A stretch of DNA of 64,000 bases from Octopus vulgaris. Lineage: Eukaryota. The position numbers and the translations under genes are program-made. Within the stretch, counting starts at the first letter, position 1; every line of letters starts with the position of its first letter. Below, one piece after another: positions 37,552-51,059 of the stretch. The stretch is taken from NCBI GenBank assembly GCA_951406725.2, contig OX597824.1, forward strand, positions 40,796,001 through 40,860,000. The letters run 5' to 3'. The notes below the pieces were generated by a model that made no database searches, had not been told where the DNA came from, and worked only from the letters and a program-made list of their open reading frames with translations.

Positions 37552-38948
37552 TTAGCAATTATTATTATCACCAAATATTTTACCTGATCAAATGATTGTT
37601 AATTCAATTATACTGTTGCTCTAGATCGACACTAATTGAGTAGATTTATGGTGCAAGACATCTGAGCCATAATCATTCCAACTTTTTCTCAGACACAAAT
37701 ATCCAAAATTATATTATTCAAAGTCTCCTTTTCCAAGATGGCAGGATGTAATCTGAAGGAGATTTGGCTGCTATTTCTAGCTAGTTGATCACAAAGAGGC
37801 TTCCTTGTTTACTTGAATTAACTGAGTAAATCAATCGATTGACAGAATCAATAAAACATAAAAAAAAAAGCCTTGCAATATTTGATTGTAACCCTTTATC
37901 TTTTGATTTGGAATATTGCCAAAGTCAACTTTGCTTTTCACCTCTCTTAGGTCAACAGAAAAAAAAGATATTAGTCAAATACTAGTGGGTGGGGTGGGTC
38001 AATATAATCAGCTTTTTTTTTCAAACCATGGATTGTGGAATTGATAGACTATTAAATAAAATACCTCTTGGTGGTGAAGTCTTGCTTGTTCCATTTTACC
38101 TCTCATCCCGCTTCTGTGGTCAATAAAATACTTTAGAAACTGGTGCCCCAGTATGTCCATAGTCCAATGATTGAAATCAGTGAAAGATAAATAGATATCA
38201 GTCTTCATTCATGTAAAAGACGTTAAAAATTTGGCTTCATGCCAAATCAAAGCAAATTATTTTTTTGATTGTATGTAAACACCTCTGTTTAAAATATTCA
38301 GACAATTAATGGCATCTGTTTTTTTTTTTTTTTTTGTGTATCTATTTTCCAGTGAAATTTTTCCTTATTACTGAATGTATCTTCAGATAAAGTTCAATTA
38401 TTTTCTAAACCAGACGAATTTATAAAGCTGGTGGCTATTTTTTATTAAGAGTATGAGAGAAAAAAGTTTCCTTATGGATTGTAGATACTCAACAGGTAGC
38501 TTATCTTGTCAGAGAAATTAAACTAATCCTACAAATTAACAAAATATCTCACAATTTCACCTTTGCTTTACATCACCTGCTTCTGTACCTAATTAGAATT
38601 AAGGGCTCATGACTGTTGAAATCAAGGTATCTCTATCAAAGATGCAATGTAGTGCTAATGACAAGCCACAAACTGCTGACCACATGGCTGATTATCTGAC
38701 ATTCAGTTGTCTTGGATAAAACTGTAAATTGTAAAATTGAATTTCAGAGGTAATTCAAGAAAATTACCTCTGATTGTAATTAGCAATTATTATTATCACC
38801 AAATATTTTACCTGATCAAATGATTGTTAATTCAATTATACTGTTGCTCCAGATCAGCACTAATTGAGCAGATTTATGGTGCAAGACATTTGAGCCATGA
38901 TCATTCCAACTTTTTCTCAGACACAGATATCCAAAACTATATCATTCA
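37552..38948 (+). repeat. About 170-bp direct duplication (37552-37720 vs 38780-38948)
   Basis: TTAGCAATTATTATTATCACC...ATCCAAAA occurs twice, offset 1228 bp. Confidence 0.9.
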
Positions 38949-40084
38949 TAATGTAAATGAAAAATCCTGTTATTTAGGATGAGATAACATGCATGATGTT
39001 ATTACTCTTGTATGAAAAAGAACACTGGAAAAGTTTGTTATTTTTGAGAAACCAAAAACTTTTATTCTTTTTGCACATAAAATAACAAATACTGTTGTTA
39101 CTATGAATGTCAAGAGAGTTTGAATGTTATTGTTCCTGATGAAATTCTAATAGAAGTCAAAAAGCTTGCTACTGGTTGTTGTGTTACTGTCACCAAGTGT
39201 TCATTGTGGTTGTTGTCAGCAGCTGTCCACATCTGTTCATTGTCCGTCTGCCGTCTTATCTCTGCAGTTTCTCAATGCCCTCTCTGCTGCATCCCAAGTA
39301 GTCAAAGTGTGACAAATTTATACTGATTGATAGGCTCAGAAGGAAGCATGCCAAAAAGATGAAATCGTTGCTGGAGTCTATTCCATGCAAAATTGTGAAT
39401 GGTCAGATTTTGCAAATCATGACATTATGTGATTGCTGAATATTCCTGCTAGAGTCTTGTCTAAGTAATGCTTATCAAATGTGCCAATTGTATGAATAAA
39501 TAATGTCTTTTCCAACAAGTGTCTTTTGTTACTAATTCAGCTGAGACTATCATCGGCTCTAATATATAAGATAATACATTTTAAAATGTTCATATTCAAA
39601 TTAAAACCTCCCTTTGTACTTTTATGTAATTCTAGACAAAATCTAAACAAATTATCCTGTTACTTAAAAAAAATTAATCAAGAAGTTTATCATTTAGGTA
39701 TATATGAGCATGTCTAGATATGCAACTATATACATGGGAATACATATGTAAAACAAAGCATACAAATCTGCACATATACAGACAAACAAACAAAAGAGAA
39801 AGCTGATACATATAAAAATACCTTGTTGATGTTGTTGAAATTCCAATGAAGGAATCTTGGATCTAGGTTAGAAACCAGCTTTTTTTCTATTGGCAAAAAA
39901 TCTTGAAATAAAACTGAATTATGACATACATATTTGATGGAGGCTTTTATCTTCCTGGGGTTATAGTTGGTGACACTCACCCAAGATGTCACACAGTGGG
40001 ACTGAACCAAAGACCACATGGCAGGGAAGCAAGCTTCTTATCACACACAGCCATGCTTTTGTGGACAATATTTTCTGATTATAA

Positions 40085-40297
40085 AGGCGGCAAGCTGGCA
40101 GAAACTTTAGCATACCAGGCAAAATGCTTTGCGGTATTTGTCTGTCTTTATGTTCTGAGTTTAAATTCCACTGAGGTCGACTTTGCTTTTCATCCTTTCA
40201 TGGTCGATAAATGAAGTACCAGTTGCATGCTGGGGATCGATCTAATCGACTGCCCTCTCCCACCAAAATTTCGGACCTTGTAACTAGAGTAGAAAAG
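40085..40297 (+). mobile_element. SINE family B
   Basis: GGCGGCAAGCTGGCAGAAAC head. Flanked by AATATTTTCTGATTATA on both sides (about 40067 and 40297), a probable TSD. Confidence 0.85.
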
Positions 40298-40863
40298 AAT
40301 ATTTTCTGATTATAGTTTGGATATAAGTAATAGCATAAAAATATTCTAATGATATAATTGTTTTTATATATCTAATAGTAGAGCATGGACAGTTGATTCA
40401 ATAGGGTACTGGACAACCAGTTTAGAGTTTGATAGTTTATTTTTATCTTACTATCTTTGAATTTTGATCACATCCAAGACATCTCTCAAATGATCCTTGC
40501 TATCAATTATGCATTTCCTAATGGTAACAACCCATTATTGCTTGTAGCGTCATTGTAATATTAACAAATGGTTGTTAGGTTGCAGTTCTGGTGTCACCTT
40601 TTCCTCTGGATAAGGCTTAAAAAAGTTCTTGAAGATGCTTTTTACAACCTGTGAATTACGGAACACATCACTGTAGGGACAAACATTATCAAAATAAAAT
40701 TTGTTTAAATAAATCATATATTTCAATAAAAAAAAAATTATAGAAAAATAATTCCATTATCATTTTTAAAAAATCACTCAAGAAAAAAGCTAGAAATTTT
40801 CTTAGATGAAAAGGTATTTTGAGTCATGATGTAACAAGAGTTGCTGGACTTGGCTCTAATCAT

Positions 40864-40895
40864 TGCGCATGCTCGTATAAATAGGCCGCCATTTG
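40864..40895 (+). promoter_or_regulatory. RALGAPA core promoter: NRF1-like, TATA and YY1-like motifs
   Basis: TGCGCATGCTC (40864-40874), TATAAATA (40876-40883) and GGCCGCCATTTG (40884-40895) abut about 90 bp before the ATG, at the start of a locally CpG-rich region (about 40860-42800). Confidence 0.65.
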
Positions 40896-40982
40896 TTATT
40901 GTCGGAGTGCGAGAAAGTGTCGCCTAGTGATTGCAATGAAAAATGAATTGTGAATCTTAAATGCTAGATGTCGGCTCTGTAC

Positions 40983-41088
40983 ATGTTCAGAAAAGCCGCT
41001 CATGGAGATATTAAGAAGTCGGCGCAGAAAGTGTTGGATAACAAAAAGGATCCTCCAACCAGATTGAAGCATTTGCGTGTACTTCTAG
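40983..41088 (+). CDS. RALGAPA1: Ral GTPase-activating protein alpha subunit (RALGAPA1/2-like), first coding exon; an in-frame alternative ATG lies at 40968
   Basis: [35 protein letters not shown] matches the RALGAPA N-terminus as I recall it ([35 protein letters not shown]). Strong donor TAG|GTAAGT, phase 1. Confidence 0.93.
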
Positions 41089-44022
41089 GTAAGTTAGCTA
41101 TGACACACATACACCAACACACAAATACACGCCCGCACACGTACACACTCGTATACACATACACACACCTACGCACACACACACACGTGTGTGTGTATAC
41201 ATATACATATATTTGTTTTTAGAAACACTTTTTCCCACTGTTGCTGTTTGGTGTTTATTTCCATTTCTTTCAATATGTATGAATGCTTTGTTTTTAAAAT
41301 ACTGCTTTCTGTTTTGTCTTCTGACGGTTCGCTCAGTGTACAGGTGACAGCTCTTTTCCTTACAAGTAGGAAAAAGCGATTTTCCTCCTTATTGTATCCA
41401 TACATACCCAAGCTGTAAAATCCAATCATATCTATACTTAGTGAAGAGTCGATCACAGTACTTCTATGCGCACGCTATAACAGGCTAATATTATACGCTA
41501 ATTTTATACGTAAGAGTTCTGAACAGATAATTTCAAGCACAGAAGGAACATTTATTGAAAAATTAGTGAAGTTGGAGAATGGTTATATACTGTCGAATGT
41601 GTTGAAATGTCGAGGTTAATACACGAACTTGTATCGTTAACTCCCTCCCCTCTATACATCCTGGGTAATAATACTACACCCGCATCTCATTTTAATTTCG
41701 TATAAATCTAATCTACTGTACTTTCCTGCGTAAGTCAATATTGGAATTTACAAGAAAAATACCCAGTATGTGTCAGAATTATCGTACACACACACACGCG
41801 ACCGATGTATTCGGTAGGAGGCGGAGTTGATGTAGATAATCGACAGAATTCCTGTAGTTTTGGATTTGCAAGGAAAAAACGATTGAAATATTAATAACAA
41901 TCTATCACTCTTAATTAATTAGGCATGGAATTCGAAAGACCTTTTCTCTGTTATTCTCAATTTGAAAATTAATTTCTCTGCTCTTCTTTCTGTTAATGCA
42001 TTAGAAAATGACAAGAACGTCACGCAAACTAATTCCTTTTCTGCTATATACATTTGTGGTCGTGAACCTCTGAACAAAAAAAATCGTTATTACATAGATA
42101 ACCTCATCTTCCCTTTAGCTACTACCAATGACAGTCCACCCTCACCCATCAGTCGCAGCCACTACCATCGCCACGCCTCTCTAATTATTGTTCTAGTTGG
42201 CTAGTGTGTAAATTAGCTCATTGAATCACGGAAGAGAAGCTAGGAAGTGGCAGTAATACCTTATAGCAAAAATAATATCTATTCATTTTCAGAATAATCA
42301 ACCTCACATTGATCTGTTTTGTTGTTGCTGAATGTAACAAGTTTAAAAACATGTTTAGCAATAAACTCTTACCCGCACATAACACACGAAAGGCGTATTT
42401 ATTATTACGTTCGGCCTATTTAGCAATTTGAAGATTACAACAACTCGTACGAGTGCCTCACGCACACAATCGATAGTGTTTGTTTGTGATAGACTCTCGA
42501 TGTTTCAAACCTCGCTAGTCTTGCGTAACATTCTTTAAACACTGTTTAAAGGCTATTTGGTAATGGAGATGGCCTTTAAAATGGCTTTTAAAAGTCTATT
42601 GACTGATTGCACAAACATTATAATGCGAGGATATTTAATTTGCTCTATTTGTCTTCGATCTATCTCTCTTTATTTGTAACTTAGAGATTAATATGCGCGC
42701 ACACATACACACACACTTATGCACAGAATCCGTTGCTTATTTTTAATTTCAAAGTATATGACTAGATAATTAGGATGCCTCCTGGGCTACTTGCTAAGAT
42801 ACTTGCCCATCAAGTATTTATGTCCTTTGGCAAAGTCCATCTCGGTGTTTGTCTAAATTTAGCTACGCTATTTTTGTTTCAATTCTCGTCTGAAGCCATT
42901 TTAATTCACTTACGTATCTCATGCCCTTGGAAAAGACATGATCATCGCAATCTCTGACTTACGCCTGTGTAAGAAACAGTTTATTCATTGTTGTTAGTTC
43001 ACAGTAACCCAAATCTTTTTGGGTTTCCAATCTCAACTAAGATTATATCATTTATGCTGTTAGTGATTATAATAAAGGCATGAATATCAAAACTTCTCGT
43101 TTCTCTTCAAGGTACCGATGTAATTGCCAGATTACCAAATTACTTAAGTCTACTCTGTAGTTCATAATTTTTTTGTTAAAGAGGAGTTAATCAACAAATT
43201 CACCATTAGAGCACAATGTCCAACTTTCACCGTTTCCCCCAAACTAAAAGATAACTATATTAATGCCATTTACTTGTCTTTTAGCCTCTCTGTAACCAAC
43301 CTGTTTTGTCATAATTATTAAGTGTTTGCCGCACCATAGCAAACTACACATAGCCACGTGAGCAAAAGAATGGCCCTTACATGGTTGTTTATTCTGCTAG
43401 AAATAACATCACATCCTGTCATCCTCAACATTTTGCTTTCCTATGTTTTCTACTGCTATGGCCATTTTTCACTGCCAATATATAATGCCCTTTCATCTAG
43501 TAGATGTTATTCTTTTAGGATATTTTTATACCAGCATAGATAACTTTCCTTTGCATATTGGCTGTAAATTAATGTTGCACATCCTTTGGGTCATATTCAG
43601 CTTATTTGCATCAAGTTCCAAAACCATGAGAAAGTCTTCACAATGTCATACGACCTAATAGAAATAACAACCAAATTGCCTTAAATCACATGAAAGAAAA
43701 AAAAAGGACATTAAAAAATATAATTCTAGATGCATTGTGCCTGACTAAAAAGACCAGATGATCATGGTGTTTGAAAATCTTTGATCATAGGCTGTCAGAA
43801 ACAGCAACACCCACTTGTTCATAGCACATTCTACTTTAAACTCTGTGGCTCTGACACTATGTTGGACCAGTGGCAAACATTTGAGTCAACAACAGTCTAC
43901 CATTGTAAAATCCAGTCTCTTCCATCTCTTTCAGACAAATGCAAAACAACATATCCCTATCAAAGTAATTACAGCATCAATTGTCATTCTAGACTTAAAA
44001 TATTGAGCTGCCACTACTTTAA

Positions 44023-44243
44023 CCCTTTAGCATTTAAACTGGCCATATCCGGCCAAAAATATTCTACCTGTTTTATGTTCAAACTGGCTAGATCTGGTTT
44101 CTCACACCAACCCTACAATATTGTTTTAAAAATTAACAGCTACCTCATCAAAATCTCATAACTACAAGATAATGCATGATTAATTCAAAACAATGTAGAT
44201 GAAGAAGCATTAATTTTGGCAGAATAATGCGAACACTAAAGGG
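44023..44243. mobile_element. piggyBac-type MITE
   Basis: TTAA-flanked, CCCTTTAG/CTAAAGGG termini. Reverse complement of 6345-6556. Confidence 0.88.
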
Positions 44244-46884
44244 TTAAAGTCTGTAATCACTATAGTTTGGATTGCAAACTAGAAGTAATATATGTTCAGC
44301 CTTACTTACCTCTCACACTACTAAACGCTGCATGATTTTGTGATCTGAAAGTATACTGAAGCTTGGTATATCTAGTGAAAGGTTGCTATTGACTTTGAGT
44401 TAGTTATCATAGGCCTTCAAAAGCATTGAGATGGTTAGAGTCTAGTGAAAAATAGTACTAATAGTCTCATCAGAATTGGTATTTGAGAATGTGGACAGCT
44501 GAATGAATAGGGTATTGGATAACAAATTGAGAGGTTGATGATTCATATCCTGTTACTGACCGAGGTACATAATTTTGTTAGGGGTGTTAATAAAAACAAC
44601 CTGCTGTTGTAAGCAGCTACTGTATAGTAAAATTCAAAGGTATTTCATTAATTTGTAATACAGAGCTCACATTAACTTGGTGAAGGGTGACCTCTTCCAA
44701 ATAGATTTCTTTATAAATGCTATCATCACTATTATCAGTTGTTACATTTAGAGTTTAATCAAACAAAATATGTACTTAGGACAACAGTTTTTTTTGTTTT
44801 TGTTTTATAGATTTATCATTGTGCAAATGTTAAATTAATAAATTAGAACACTTTATTTAGAAAAAGAATCAAATGCTGGAAATTTGCATTTTTTTCTTGT
44901 AGATATAAGTAAATTACTTGTATTGCTTACTGCTAGTTAGTGTTAAATAGAAATTAAAAAATAAGTTTATATTTGATATGGTTGTAGAGGAGGCTTGGAA
45001 GGAAGTTGAATTTTTAAAAACTTTTATTTCACCTTCAGCACTTTTGTCTTAATGCCTTCTCCAACAAAAGAATAGAGAAGGCACCATAGTTGGGTTGTGC
45101 TTAGGGTATCTGTTGGCCTGAATCTGACCCTTGTTGCATCCATGTAACAAAACAGTTTATTAGATTGTGCAGTGAAGTCTTTAATCAGTTTGTAGTATGG
45201 CTGGTGTGCTAATCTTGTGTGTTTATCCTCAAACGGTTGGTCAGTTACTATCCAAAGTAGGAATGGAGTTACTCATTAAGATAACACACAATACCTATTA
45301 GTGCATATATAATTGATGCATAGATTTTATGATTGGATCTCACTTGAAATCATGTCTTTCAGAATTAATCAATGTTTATCATAATAATCTTCATTTTCAT
45401 GTTTGCTTTATTTATTATGCATATGATAGGTATATTAATGTGTTTGTACATGTATACATATCTCAGCTGATACCTTTCTAGTGAAGAAATGAGATTGGTT
45501 TGTTCTGAATTAAAAACAAAATTATTACTGATGCAATCAGTTTTTTTACTGCTTTGAGTCAGTCAACTGTGCCCATGCAGTGCACTGACATATTCTAAAA
45601 TAGTTTTAATATTTCTTGTATACAAGTTGTTTTCAGTTGGAATATCAGATATATTCACTTGTTGCTTTTGTTATATGCTGGCTTTGGTCATGAATGCCAA
45701 ACTAAGGGATAAAGTTAATCGTTAATGGCTTGATGAAGACTTATAGACCCAATATAGCACTTATTCATGTAAATGGTAGTTGATTTTATTGATTTTGGAT
45801 GGATGAAAAACTAAATTGATTTAGGCAGGATTTGAAGTCAAACCAGTAAGTTAGTGAAAAACGTATCGGTTATTACATTTAGGAGCTATATCAAGGCAGG
45901 AAACAAGTACTCTATTCTTAGTGAGACAACTGTAGATGTTTTTAAGCTAAGAGCAAGCCATTATTATCTAAATCTGGAGAACGCCTTTGACAAGATACCT
46001 TGCACTCTATTCTAGTGGTTGCTGAGAAAACTTGATATAGATGAATAGCTTTTAAGAGCTGTGTCAGCTAGGTACAGCATGAACTATCAGCAAGGCGGAA
46101 GTTTGTAATGAGTTCAGGAAGGAATTTATTTGATTCCTGTAATTAGGTGTTCATTAAAGCTTGGTGCTCATCCCCCACCTGTTAATTATATTTCCCTAGA
46201 TCATAACAAAGAGGTCGAAGACCATTTGTTTGTTGGTATGTTTGTCTGCTGATGACTTAGTTCGCATTAGTTGAAGAATTAGAGAAGCCCAGAATGGAAG
46301 AACAGGACTTAAGATTGAAAAGCCCGAAAGTAAATTTAGCAAAGACAAAGGTTTTGGTTTGCAAGAGAGAATATGGAACTCAGTCATCTTTGAAGTAACA
46401 TGTTCATCACCATCATCAATATTTAATGTTCATTTTCCATGCTGGCATGGGTTGGATAGCTTGACAGGAACTGGCAAAGGTAGGAACCACACCAGGTTCC
46501 ATAATGTTTTGATTCGGTTTCTATGACTGGATGTCCTTCCTTATGTCAACCACTCCACAGAGTGTACTGAGTGTTTTTACTTGACACTAGCACCAGTGTT
46601 TTTTACATGACACCAGTACCCACATCAGGACTTTTTACATGGCATGAAAAGGAATATATAGCTATCCTATACTGTGTACCCAATGTAAATTATGGGTGTA
46701 TAACATATAGAAGCAGAACTTAGAATGAAGATATCTAAATGTGAACCTATCAATGACAAAGGTTTTGGTTAGCAAAGGGAGAGTGCAAAACACTCTTATC
46801 TATAAAGTAGCCATGTTTAATATACAGAAAAGAACTAGGTGGGAATTTTATGTTGTGTACCAAATGTAAATTGACTGACACTCT

Positions 46885-47197
46885 GTTGGTTATGATGACA
46901 AGTGTTCCAGTTGATCCGACCAACGGAACAGCCTGTTCATGAAATTAATGTGCAAGTAGCTGAGCACTCTACAGATACATGTGCCCTTAATGTAGTTCTC
47001 AGGGAGATTCAGCATGATGCAGAATGTGACAAGGCTGGTCCTTTGAATAGAAGTACTACTCATTTTTGCCAGCTGAGTGGATTGGAGCAATGTGAAATAA
47101 AGTGTCTTGCTCAAGGACACAATGTGCTGCTGGCTTTTGAACTCACAACCTTATGATCATGTGCTGAATACCCTAACCACTAAGCCACGTGCCTTCA
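46885..47197 (-). mobile_element. tRNA-derived SINE (family F-related)
   Basis: Minus-strand head GAAGGCACGTGGCTTAGTGGTTAGGG and the core shared with 33698. Confidence 0.8.
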
Positions 47198-47439
47198 CCC
47201 AATGTAAATTATGCAGTGTCAACTTAGAGGCAAGTTGACAGAAAAGACTTTGTATGTGGTAGATGCACAGTAGTAATTAGCAGTAAGAACTTTCATGAAA
47301 TTCTTTCAAAAATCCAGAAAGGTCCTAAAAGTAGTTAACAGCTTCTTTTCTTTATGTGATCTAATTATCAGTTGAGGTGAGTGCTGTAAAAGCATAGTAG
47401 CCAAAATAAAGATGGGATAAGAAAAAGTTCAATGAGTTA

Positions 47440-47895
47440 TAGACTCTATTAGCAATGAAGGGATTCTCTCTCTCTCTGTCTCTCCAAATGAAAGGCAGAT
47501 TGCATGATGCTATATGATGTTTGTGGAATACTGCATGGTAGTCAAACATGCACATTGTATGTGAAGGCTGTCTTAAGGTTGGATAGACATGAGACCAGTT
47601 TTCTTTGCTGAAGGAACAATGAAGCACAGGTGAGCTGAGGGGAAAACATTCTGCATAAGATGAATTAGCTGTAGTATGCAAAAAAGATGACTGTGCTGGT
47701 ATGGAGATGTAAGGCATATGGAAGATGGCAGTTAAGTGATAAAGTGCCTGCAGAAAAGAAAGATTGTAGTGAGGATGATCTTGGAATGCTGAATTTTACA
47801 CAAGAGTTAACCTCAAAAATGACAACATATGGTGAGATGTTGCAACGGAGAAAACCCTTCAATATGGAAAAGCAAACATAAAATGATGATGGTGA
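47440..47895 (+). mobile_element. Decayed RTE LINE 3' end
   Basis: KGRLHDAI...HGSQT remnant (cf. KGRLYDACV..LHGSETW) and a (TGA)n tail. Confidence 0.6.
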
Positions 47896-47929
47896 GACAG
47901 GTATTTGAGTGTAGAGGCATATGAGGCAT

Positions 47930-48113
47930 TATTATTTAATGTCCGTTTTCCATGTTGGCATGGGTTGGACAGCTTGACAGGAGGTGAGAAGCTGGAGAGC
48001 TGCACCAAGTTCCACTTGTCTGTTGTGGCATGATTTCTACTGCTGGGTACCCTTCGTAACACCAACCACTTGAAATGGTGTACTGGGTGCTTTTTACATG
48101 GCACCAGCACCAT
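47930..48113 (-). mobile_element. SINE family C fragment
   Basis: TTTAATGTCCGTTTTCCATGTTGGCATGGGTTGGAC. Confidence 0.75.
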
Positions 48114-48349
48114 GAATATTATCTATTAGTCATTTCAGGGTTTGGAACCTTGTTTGGCTTTCTAGTTATGTAATGTCAAATTTGATGACAATGAAGAATT
48201 CTTATGTAATTTTTCTCTGCATATGACTGTTATATATAAATGAAAATTATGTGTGTATAAAATATTGATGCAAGAGGCCTAAATGCAAATTTATCAAAAA
48301 TTTACACCTTTGATTTAACATTGCTAGCATATCTATTATCATTGGTTTC

Positions 48350-49220
48350 TTGTCATACCTTCAACAGTTTCCTACAATCCTGCAGAACCTAAAGTTGTCA
48401 GGGTACAAAAGCTGCTCATGTGGCATAAATGTAACTTGCCTCAATCCTGTAGACATTCCATCTGTTTGCCACAAACGGGGTGCCATTCAGTGCTGCAAAG
48501 TCTTGGACAGCTTCGTTAGTTCACTTGACCAGCATCAACTAGTGTTTCACTTCCATTTCCTTGCCCCACTACCAGAACATTATTGAATACTGCATCTTCT
48601 AGAAAAATAACTTTCTCTGAATCAGCATTTCATTCAGGTTTGGACTCTGTATCTCTTAGTGGCACCAACACCATTGTGGACCTGCAGTGGATGTTTTCAT
48701 ATGTCACCCATTGTCATGCTGCTTCAGTTCCAGCAGCTTCCCTTCACATGTCACCTTCAATGATATTAAATGTGGTTTGGATGCAACTAGTTTTCTGTTG
48801 TAATCAGAGTTGATGGGATTAGACTATGGGAATGGCAAATGATTGGACAGTGTCATAATCTTCCTATTCTGAGGCAGTAAGTTTCTCATCTGCAATGATA
48901 CTTTCTCCAGTAGCAGCCTTGTGAAATTGGTGTCTGATCCAGTCTTTGTCACTTGATTGGTGGAGGATTGCAAGCTGACAAAGTAATAGCTGCTCTCACA
49001 ATGAATTGCTTTACAAACCTATAGCAGTGGAAACCTTTGTCATACTGGGCCCTTGTACCATCTCTCTACTCAGTTTGTTTGGCATACAAATTGCCATACA
49101 TGTGAATGAGCTTTGCTTGGTGGGTTGGCTCTTTCAGTGCATTTTCTTGACCATTCTTTGTAGTGACAGGTTTGCTATTTTGTCTGCTGGGACTGTGAAA
49201 CATTTGCATGACTCCTAGTA
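48350..49220 (+). mobile_element. Decayed CRE-like (RLE-clade) retrotransposon C-terminus
   Basis: Remnants HCGPAVDVFICHPLSC (zinc-knuckle region) and YKPIAVETFVILGP (cf. FxPxAVETLGxWG of restriction-like endonucleases). Confidence 0.6.
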
Positions 49221-49699
49221 TTTCTTATGTGTCGGTTGGTTTTAGGATTTACATCTTTGAATGTTTGGTCTTTGCTAAAAATGATTGGGATTTATATGTG
49301 AGAAGATTTAATTGCCATGTTTACTGGTTAAATGATCTATGAAGAACTCTGTTCATTCGCATATTCTTGGATTAGTTATTAATATTGTCATGCTGGAATT
49401 AGTTCCTATTCTGCTACTCAACCCATTAAGCTGTACAATAGAATACATATTCCATTCATAGTTAAGTGGTTGGTATTGAAAAGGCACCATTTGTAAAGCA
49501 CGCTTTTTAACAATTTAAACAACTGTCACTATTTGCACACTTTTCTTATGTAGCAAGAAAAGAAAAATGTAAAATGATATGAAAACCTAATTTATAGAAC
49601 TGAAATGATTTTTTTCATTAATATAGGTAAACTTCAAGCTGTCAACAACCAACTGGTTCATGCTTTTCTTTTCTGTTTAAATGTTTCACTTAAACAAAA

Positions 49700-49915
49700 T
49701 GTTGTTTTCAAATTTTGGCACAAAGCCAGCAATTTTAGGGGAGTGGGTAAGTTGATTACATTGACCCTAGTACTCAGCTGGTTCTTATTTTATCAACCCC
49801 AAAAGAATGAAAGGCAAAGTTGACCTTGGCAGAATTTGAACTCTGAATGTAAAGATGGATGAAATGTTGCTAGACATTTTGTCCAGTATGCTAATGATTC
49901 TGTTAGTTCACTGCA
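49700..49915 (-). mobile_element. SINE family B
   Basis: Reverse complement of the family B core (GATGAAAGGCAAAGTTGACCTTGGCAGAATTTGAACTC-like). Confidence 0.75.
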
Positions 49916-51059
49916 CTACTTTTGTTCGGCTATACAATATTGTTCATCACCATATCTTTATTTTATCAAATGCCTTGTTAATTACTTCATTATTGCTGAG
50001 TCTTCCCTTCAAATTTACCCAGGTCTGTCAATTTAAGAGCAATTGTTGTTTTTTTTGTTCTGGTTCAGTTTGTCATCATTTTATATCTTCAATTTTCTGT
50101 AAATCTCCAATACACTTTTCTATGAAGTGTTGTTTTCATATTTGGGTTGACACACCTCCTTTTTCCATTGGTATTCTAAACAAAATCCACAATATGTTTG
50201 TTTTGCTAATCAATAAACCTCCCTTTGACACTTTTCAACTCTGAACCCACCTCCTGGTATATCTCTTCTCTTTGCATCATCTACCTGTCTTGTAAGAGAG
50301 TATGCCTAATTTGTTGTACTATTTAACAATTACTTTTCCCCCTCTCCTGAGCAGTATAGAAATTTTTTTTGTTATTTTTGTACTGTAACTATTGTCCAGT
50401 GAAACTCTTCTTCTTGCTTGTTCTTAATAACTAAGCAATATTAGTGGTGATTGCATTGTCCTGGTACTACTGAATACTTAAAGTGTTAATTATAGTAAAG
50501 GTAAAACTGGGTATAAAAACAGTTTAAAATTCATTATCAAAGATCGAATTTGCAAACATGCTTTCTCACTCTGTTATACTCTGTAATCTATGGTTAAATT
50601 TACAATTATGCTTACCTTGGTGTAAAAGTGTTTCATTCAGTCAAACACCTAGAATGTGACAGTTTCAATGAACTTTGAACAGTAGTTGTGTGGCTTTGTA
50701 GTTAAGGTATTCAACTCATGATCATAAGATTGTGGAGTCAATTCCTGGATCAAGGGAGATGTTTTGTCCTTCAGTAAATAACTTTGTTTCTTATTGTTCC
50801 TGCCTACTCAAATGTAATAAGTATCAGCTGTGTACTAGTGCAGCCCTCTCTCACTGAAACTGTCACATTCTAGGTGTTTGACTGAATGAAGGGTGAGGGA
50901 TTGAGAGGGTGTTTGCTTGCAACTATGCAGGTACCTAAAGCAATTAAGCAAAAGAAAAAAAACACGGTACTGAGCCAGACAAAAACGGGTCAGATAAAAT
51001 GCAAATTGTGTGGTCCATTAACTGGACTTGTTTTTCCATCAGGTATCTGAGAACCAATA

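Noticed and set aside
39135-39165. CTGATGA followed by a TTCT/AGAA hairpin
   Set aside because: No GAAA box follows the stem, so it is not a supportable hammerhead.
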